Shown one piece after another: positions 58,901 through 64,000 of a stretch of DNA of 64,000 bases. The stretch is from contig JAPSKD010000002.1 in the NCBI GenBank assembly GCA_031177865.1, forward strand, positions 1,641 to 65,640, read 5' to 3'. Both the position numbers and the translations under genes were made by a program. Position 1 is the first letter of the stretch. The number at the start of each line of letters is the position of its first letter. Source of the DNA: Bacillus sp. (in: firmicutes) (GTDB lineage: Bacteria > Bacillota > Bacilli > Bacillales > Cytobacillaceae). Under the pieces are notes generated by a model that had not been told where the DNA came from, made no database searches, and worked only from the letters and a program-made list of their open reading frames with translations.

Positions 58901-60612
58901 TGCCGGTTTATGTAGATAATACTGCACCAAAGCTTGAGGCTAAATTGGAAGCAGAAACAAATACTTTAAGCTGGGAAGCATCTGATGCTGGAGTTGGTAT
59001 TGGGGCTTATGCTGTATTTGTAAACGGAAAGTTAATTAAAGAAGTAGCACCGGACAAAACAAGTGTAGTTCTGGATTCCATTCCTGAACAAGCATTAGTT
59101 GAAGTGGCAGCTATTGATAATGTTTATAATGTTGCTTTTGATGAAGTAGCTGTAGGGGATTCAGAACTTCCGATTATTGATGTCTCTACCGATGAGCTAG
59201 TTCCATTTGGACAATACAATACTCGTTCGATTACATTCTCTGGACTGGTACATGAGGATATCGCCCTTAAGTCTTTAACTGTAAATGGCAAGGATGTTAC
59301 TTTCAAGCAAAACGACAATGGGGAATATGAATTTACAGCAACTGTTACGTTTGAACAGGACGGAAAATATGATGTCCAAATCGTAGCAACAGACGTTTCC
59401 GGAAAAGAGTTTTCATTTGCACGTAAAATCATGATTGATACAACTAGCCCTGTATTAAACACGGATGCTCCTAGATTTGTTGATAAAGAAGTTGAAGAAG
59501 TTACATTTAATGTTGATATTGAAGATAACTTCAATGCCTTTACATTATTATTAGATGGTGAAAAGGTATTCGTTCAGCAGATGGAAGAATTGGCTGAGCC
59601 TGATTCTGCAACTGTGGAAGTTACTGTTCCTGTAAAAGAAGGGGATAACTCCTTCACATTAACTCTTGTAGATGGTGCAGGAAACGAAACTGAACAAGAA
59701 GTAAACATCTACCGTAACGAAGAAGCAGAACGTGTGAACCGTATTTCTGGTGCTGATCGTTATGTGACAGCTGTTGAAATCAGCAAAAAAGGCTGGACTG
59801 AAGCTGACACTGTCGTATTGGCAACCGGTGATAACTATGCCGATGCTCTTGCGGGTATCCCATTAGCTAAGAAGAATGATGCTCCATTGTTATTAACAAA
59901 ACCAAACAGTCTTTCGGATGCAACAAAGGCTGAAATTGAGCGTTTAGGTGCCAAAAAAGTAATTATTCTCGGAGGAAAAGGTGCTGTAAGTGAAGCAATT
60001 GCTCAAGATCTGGAAGACTCTGGATTGAATGTTGAGCGTTTATCCGGTAAAGACCGTTTTGCAACAGCTGCAGCCATTGCATATGAGGTAGCTCCTAATG
60101 GGGCAGAAGAAGTTGTTGTGGTTAGAGGCAAGGACTTCCCAGATGCTCTATCTGCTGCTGCCTATGCTGCTTCAAATGGAATGCCGATTCTATTAACTGA
60201 AATGTATAACCTTCCATCCGTAACAAGCACTGCTATCAGAGATTTAGGTGCTTCCAAGTCACTAGTAATTGGCGGAACCGGGGTTGTATCTTTCTCAGTA
60301 GCAAGTGAATTGCCTAACCCTTACCGACTAGGCGGGAAGACTCGTTATGAAACTTCTTTAAATGTTGCCAAGCATTTTGATAACGGTGCTTACGAGTACT
60401 ATGTAGCAACTGGAAAGCAATTTGCTGATGCTCTTGCGGGTGCTGCTTTAGCTGCTAAGAATGATACAGGCATTTTGTTAACTGATGCTAACTTGCCGGC
60501 AGAGACAGAAGCTTTCCTTGCTGAAGAATCCGTAGAAAAGGTTACGGTACTTGGTGGAAAAGGTGCTGTTAGCGAGACTGTATTTACTAAGTTAAAAAAC
60601 CTATTTAAGTAA
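55975..60612 (+). CDS. Cell-envelope S8 subtilase (lactocepin/C5a-peptidase-like) with I9, PA, Fn3-like and CWB2 x3
   Basis: IDTG, HGMHVAGT, SAGNS, SGTSMAAPHV, SPRRQGAG; CWB2 at the C-terminus. Confidence 0.95.
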   Translation: MKKQNRKKAGKIASYALTSALVLSSFSYTASATTKSSKDFYDQKISQIKELKAETLKKTELKDKTLKSELKASDKVRVIVELDGKTPLEAATEEGKLYKELSESTKKSLASKVNKQQSSVKSAIKSKGVKFEYLKNFSTAFNGFSGEVKYGEVAKIEGLSGVKAVYLANAYNRPEVEPNMKTSHSFIQSAATWGDAGYKGEGMIVSVIDTGVDPSHKDFQNIDKTNADLEKSEVDALVKEDGLKGKYYSDKVPYGYNYYDSNDTILDLGPAASMHGMHVAGTVAANGDEKTGGIKGVAPEAQVLGMKVFSNDPNYPSTWSDVYLAAIDDSIKLGADVLNMSLGSTAAFYEEQGAEDIAITRAVENGIVCAVSAGNSAHLGSGWDAPYAKNPDIGVVGSPGLNPDTLQVAASGNVAYLYQHQATVGGKTFTGYGVDDWSSLAASGLELVSLSQANGVTEESGKACKVCGNPSDYEGVDVEGKIVVVKRGTLSFFDKTVNAAEAGAAGIIVYDSGGGTFYENQGGWDVPFMMLSAGDGEELEKAIANGDATASVAQTSKKEDPVMGRMTDFTSWGVTPDLRLKPEITAPGGNIYSTVNDDKYTVMSGTSMAAPHVAGGSALVQQYLQEDDRFSDLDFEQRTRLAKVLLVNTAKTIEDVHGQPFSPRRQGAGMMQTFSAVSSPAILTDQSSGEAKVELFDFKETKFELPLAVTNISDSEEVTYNVKTRVLADTIQQVEGEEDRNALIAGDLTGVEIEGPETVTAAPGETVEFTVKVDISKAKLPGLDKDGKPISLYLKEDIFVEGFVHLEDAKKDSANPTLTVPYLGFYGEWDRPEIFDGFKTLGENRFYDAFPTDMLVENGDYFANMLKVDGKDVYAFSPNGDGNFDDINALPAMLRNAKELQTNILDKDGKQVARVNLESNVRKNWYDSGDNLPYDFNPERAWDGKVKGKTVEDGLYYYELKGKVHYDDAEWQSKKVPVYVDNTAPKLEAKLEAETNTLSWEASDAGVGIGAYAVFVNGKLIKEVAPDKTSVVLDSIPEQALVEVAAIDNVYNVAFDEVAVGDSELPIIDVSTDELVPFGQYNTRSITFSGLVHEDIALKSLTVNGKDVTFKQNDNGEYEFTATVTFEQDGKYDVQIVATDVSGKEFSFARKIMIDTTSPVLNTDAPRFVDKEVEEVTFNVDIEDNFNAFTLLLDGEKVFVQQMEELAEPDSATVEVTVPVKEGDNSFTLTLVDGAGNETEQEVNIYRNEEAERVNRISGADRYVTAVEISKKGWTEADTVVLATGDNYADALAGIPLAKKNDAPLLLTKPNSLSDATKAEIERLGAKKVIILGGKGAVSEAIAQDLEDSGLNVERLSGKDRFATAAAIAYEVAPNGAEEVVVVRGKDFPDALSAAAYAASNGMPILLTEMYNLPSVTSTAIRDLGASKSLVIGGTGVVSFSVASELPNPYRLGGKTRYETSLNVAKHFDNGAYEYYVATGKQFADALAGAALAAKNDTGILLTDANLPAETEAFLAEESVEKVTVLGGKGAVSETVFTKLKNLFK

Positions 60613-60619
60613 TGGAATA

Positions 60620-60654
60620 AAAAGAAGGCTGACTCATTTGAGTCAGCCTTCTTT
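60620..60654. terminator. Bidirectional terminator
   Basis: AAAGAAGGCTGACTCA/TGAGTCAGCCTTCTTT. Confidence 0.88.
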
Positions 60655-61917
60655 ACTTTCTAGAGAATGATCAGGTTTACGTCCCCTTCTTAAATACTCT
60701 CTTTTTTGAACAATATATCCAAGGGTCACGCCATACATCAGCCACATCGGCCAATAATAAAATAAATTGCTTGGCCCTAGACATCCTATTGAAAACCCAA
60801 TATAGCTTAAAACAAGAGTCAATGCCAATTTATTATTTCTTTTATCAGACCAATAAATTAGGTATAACTGGACTAAAAGGTAACCAAAGAAAACGCAATA
60901 TCCGGCAAATATTAATAGGCCATAGTTTGTAAGGATTTCAAGCCACCAATTATGGGGATTTATAAATCCTAACGTATTAAAAATAGGATAAATATGGTGC
61001 TGGAAGTTCCCCGGACCTACACCTAACATAAAGGATTGAAATGTGGCATAAAGACCATTTAAATATAAATTCATGCGTATGTACTCTGATCCATAGCCTG
61101 CCTTTATTCCTTCAAATATAGAAGCATTTGGAAGAGAGTATACAATTCCGGCTGCCGCAAGGAAAAGAAGCGGGCTGAACAAAAGTAATAGACGTGTGCC
61201 ATGTTTAATCAAATCTTTAAATGAAAGCAATGCAAATAGCAGGATTTGCAATAGCATCGCTATTACGCTTAATCTGGCGTCATTAAGGTAAGTAATAATA
61301 AGAATAGCAAGTATTAAAATGATATTCGCCAATGTAACGAATAAATGCTTTTTCAGTAAACCAGATAAATAAAATGGAAGCAGGATTACTAAAAACAAAG
61401 CTAAGTCATTTTCATTATAGAAAAAACCTGTTGCCCTCCGATAATCTATATCTGAAAATCTTTCAGCTTCAATCACAAATCGGGATGTTGGGAGATGAAC
61501 GTCAAATGTATATTCCAAGATGGAAATAAGGACAAGTACAACTCCAATAAGCCAGAAGGTAGTTGTAATCACTGAGCTCTTTAGGTTTTGCAGTAAAAAT
61601 ACCAGTACTAAAATTAATAATAGAAAGACCGCGAAGTAATAAAGCTCTTTGAGCGCTGTGCCTTTATTGCCTGTCCATATCAATGATAAGGCACCATAGT
61701 AAAACCATATCCCCAGAAACGTTAACGGGAACCTAATATGGTCGGTATGAAATGGGTTTCTTTTAATAAAAATATGATCAAGCATTATGACGAAAAGGAT
61801 TCCAATAACCACCCTTAATAAGGTCACTCTTAAGGGACCGATCGGAATATTGAAGAAAAATGGGTCTATAAAAATCAAAGCAAATAAGCTTATATAAGCT
61901 GTGGTTTTCCAATTCAT
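60643..61917 (-). CDS. Wzy/O-antigen ligase family polymerase (TuaE-like)
   Basis: Multi-TM; RATGFFYNEND, GVGPGNF, NPHNWWLEILTNYG. Confidence 0.85.
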   Translation of the reverse strand: MNWKTTAYISLFALIFIDPFFFNIPIGPLRVTLLRVVIGILFVIMLDHIFIKRNPFHTDHIRFPLTFLGIWFYYGALSLIWTGNKGTALKELYYFAVFLLLILVLVFLLQNLKSSVITTTFWLIGVVLVLISILEYTFDVHLPTSRFVIEAERFSDIDYRRATGFFYNENDLALFLVILLPFYLSGLLKKHLFVTLANIILILAILIITYLNDARLSVIAMLLQILLFALLSFKDLIKHGTRLLLLFSPLLFLAAAGIVYSLPNASIFEGIKAGYGSEYIRMNLYLNGLYATFQSFMLGVGPGNFQHHIYPIFNTLGFINPHNWWLEILTNYGLLIFAGYCVFFGYLLVQLYLIYWSDKRNNKLALTLVLSYIGFSIGCLGPSNLFYYWPMWLMYGVTLGYIVQKREYLRRGRKPDHSLESKEG

Positions 61918-61928
61918 GTTGGGTACCT

Positions 61929-63077
61929 CTAAACTAGCGTCTGATATATTTTTAATATTTGTTCCGTTATTACTTCCTCACTAAACCTTGCCGAACAATC
62001 CTTTTTAATTTCCTCAGGGTCATACGATGAATAGTTACTGTAGACACTTTGCATGGCTTGGCTTAATTCATTGATATCATCTACAGGTACAATAATTCCA
62101 TTCTTTTCATTCACTATGGAGCTGGGTCCGCCAGAGTTCGTAGAGATTACCGGCTTTCCGCAGGCAAGAGCTTCAATCAAAACAACCCCGAAGGTCTCGA
62201 ATTTGCTGGCAAGAACAAAAGTGTCGCAGGCATTCATGTGGTGCACCACTTCTTTGCGCTCCACTGTTCCAAGAAATTGAACTTGATTTTCCACTCCCAA
62301 TGACTTTGCAAGTGCCATTAATTCTTGTTTTTGTGCGCCATCCCCGCCAATAACCAATTCAGCCTCTTGACCTTTAAACCCTTTTGCAAAGCTTTTTATA
62401 ATAATATCCATCCCCTTGTTAGGCGTTAACAAAGCCAGGGAGAAAAATCTGAACTTATTAGCTTTTCCAGACTGCTGCTTACTTTCTTTTTGAAATCTCT
62501 TAAAGTCTACAATATTTGGGATTTCAATTATTTCTTTATCAGTATACTGATTGAGTGCTTTTTTTAAGCTTGGGCCTACCGAAATAATTTTATCCGTTAG
62601 TTTCATGGTGGCAGCAATTTCTTTCTCTTCATAAGGCTTAAGGACTCCTCTGACAAGTTTGCTGGAGTGTTCAGTTATCACAACAGGTATGTTTTCTTCC
62701 TTTGCAATTTTTGCTGCAGCCCAGCCGCCCCACAAGCAGGAATGGGCATGAATGATATCAGGTTTCCCTTCTGCTGCAATCATTTTTTTGTAAAGTATCT
62801 TTAATCTTTTATAGTATACAAACGCAGTGGCATATGGAATTCTCGCAGGGAAGGGATTATACCCTTTATAACGGTAAGTCTTCAAACCATCCTCATTTTG
62901 AACTTGAATACCTTTTTTCCAGCCGGTATTATAGGAACGCATCGTTTTGATCTCCGGGTAGAGAACTGTCACATCGCATCCGCTTTTTTGGATAGCTTTT
63001 GCCTGCTCCTTGAAGAATATGCCTAGTATAGGATTTTCTTTTATGGGGTACCAAGATGGGATGATTAAGACTTTCAT
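61929..63077 (-). CDS. GT4 glycosyltransferase
   Basis: PDIIHAH, TEH, IPN, KG, ETFGVVLIEALACGKPV. Confidence 0.92.
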   Translation of the reverse strand: MKVLIIPSWYPIKENPILGIFFKEQAKAIQKSGCDVTVLYPEIKTMRSYNTGWKKGIQVQNEDGLKTYRYKGYNPFPARIPYATAFVYYKRLKILYKKMIAAEGKPDIIHAHSCLWGGWAAAKIAKEENIPVVITEHSSKLVRGVLKPYEEKEIAATMKLTDKIISVGPSLKKALNQYTDKEIIEIPNIVDFKRFQKESKQQSGKANKFRFFSLALLTPNKGMDIIIKSFAKGFKGQEAELVIGGDGAQKQELMALAKSLGVENQVQFLGTVERKEVVHHMNACDTFVLASKFETFGVVLIEALACGKPVISTNSGGPSSIVNEKNGIIVPVDDINELSQAMQSVYSNYSSYDPEEIKKDCSARFSEEVITEQILKIYQTLV

Positions 63078-64000
63078 TTTCTCTTTACCGCCTTATTAAT
63101 TAATTGTTTGAAAAGGACCATATCTTCTTTCTGCAATAGGACAAGCTTGGAATAAGCTACACCTGTTTCCCGTTTGTATAAAACTATTTTAATTATGGTA
63201 CTCAAGCTATAAGTTACTGAGGTACTAACAGCTGCACCGGCTATGCCGATTTTGGGTATGAGCACAAAATTCAGGATGATATTAGAAACAACAGTGAAAA
63301 TGGAAGTATACATATTAAGCTCAGGTTTTCCTCTTCCGGCTAAGTCGTTAGATAAAATTCTATCAACTGAAAACAAAATAATACCTGGAAGGAGTATCTT
63401 AAGGATATCGGAACTTTCGTCATAAGCAGCACCGAACAATATCCGGAAAATAAGATCACTGACAAAATAGAACACAATTCCGGCCAAAATAGAAAAGAAT
63501 AAAACATTTCTGCTTATAATGCTGGTTAATTTATTCTTGCTTTCAATATCATTGGAAGAAGAAATGACAGGGTATAAAACAGAAGAAATGGATTGAGAGA
63601 CAATCCACAATCTTTCTGCGATACTGACTGCTACCCCATAAAGCCCTACGGCAGCAGGATTTAAAAACATCGAAATAAGATAAATATCTGCACGGTAATT
63701 GATAAAGGACAATACATTGCTGAAGTGTGCTTTGAAACCGAATGAAAATGAATCTTTAAAATAATCTCTTGATATTTTCCCTGCCAGCAGGTTGGTTTTC
63801 AAACTCTTCTTGAACAAAAAGAGAGTGACAGCAAATTGGGTGATCACTCCAACTGTAAAAGCAATTACTGTACCGACCAGGCCGATTTGGAGTAAAAATA
63901 TAAATAGCACCAAGCTGAGCAATGCTGCCAGCTGCCGTAAAAGGGCAAGGGAATTATAGGACTTAAAATCCTGAACGCCCTGAAAAATGACCAGATAGAA
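63074..64000 (-). CDS. wzx: Wzx flippase (3' part; starts beyond the window)
   Basis: Multi-TM; NYRADIYLI, VGLYGVA, GRGKP, LIPKIGIAGAA. Confidence 0.88.
   Translation of the reverse strand, partial: FYLVIFQGVQDFKSYNSLALLRQLAALLSLVLFIFLLQIGLVGTVIAFTVGVITQFAVTLFLFKKSLKTNLLAGKISRDYFKDSFSFGFKAHFSNVLSFINYRADIYLISMFLNPAAVGLYGVAVSIAERLWIVSQSISSVLYPVISSSNDIESKNKLTSIISRNVLFFSILAGIVFYFVSDLIFRILFGAAYDESSDILKILLPGIILFSVDRILSNDLAGRGKPELNMYTSIFTVVSNIILNFVLIPKIGIAGAAVSTSVTYSLSTIIKIVLYKRETGVAYSKLVLLQKEDMVLFKQLINKAVKRK

Noticed and set aside
1-64000. IS elements, integrases, tRNA/rRNA, CRISPR-Cas or defence genes
   Set aside because: No supporting motifs seen in the ORF track or intergenic DNA.

Overview
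Low-GC Bacillaceae chromosomal segment (Cytobacillus/Mesobacillus-like by gene content; taxonomy not proven) devoted to the cell envelope. It holds eight secreted proteins with triple cell-wall-binding-2 (CWB2) repeats fused to different cargo (collagen-binding/PPC-like repeats, a CpdB/YfkN-like nucleotidase, M23, zinc metalloprotease, lytic transglycosylase, S8 protease). It also holds a class D sortase with its LPNTA LRR/FN3 substrate, a Wzx/Wzy rhamnose-containing polysaccharide operon (tkmA-ptkA-ptpZ, EAR antitermination RNA, galU, GTs, rmlACDB), a frameshifted pgm, an ECF sigma/anti-sigma pair, the LCP ligase tagU, two RefZ-type palindromes and the end of a second wzx-GT-wzy operon. The most striking element is at 1-2450: two divergent PlcR-like RRNPP receptors (one with a canonical HTH, one with an acidic, degenerate recognition helix), a candidate sRNA and a 48-aa ORF between them, and a PapR-like secreted precursor with four copies of GIPSEH conserved through synonymous changes. 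The second highlight is a whole CWB2 trimer inserted inside the catalytic domain of the nucleotidase. All calls are by eye from sequence and remembered family motifs; no database searches were run.
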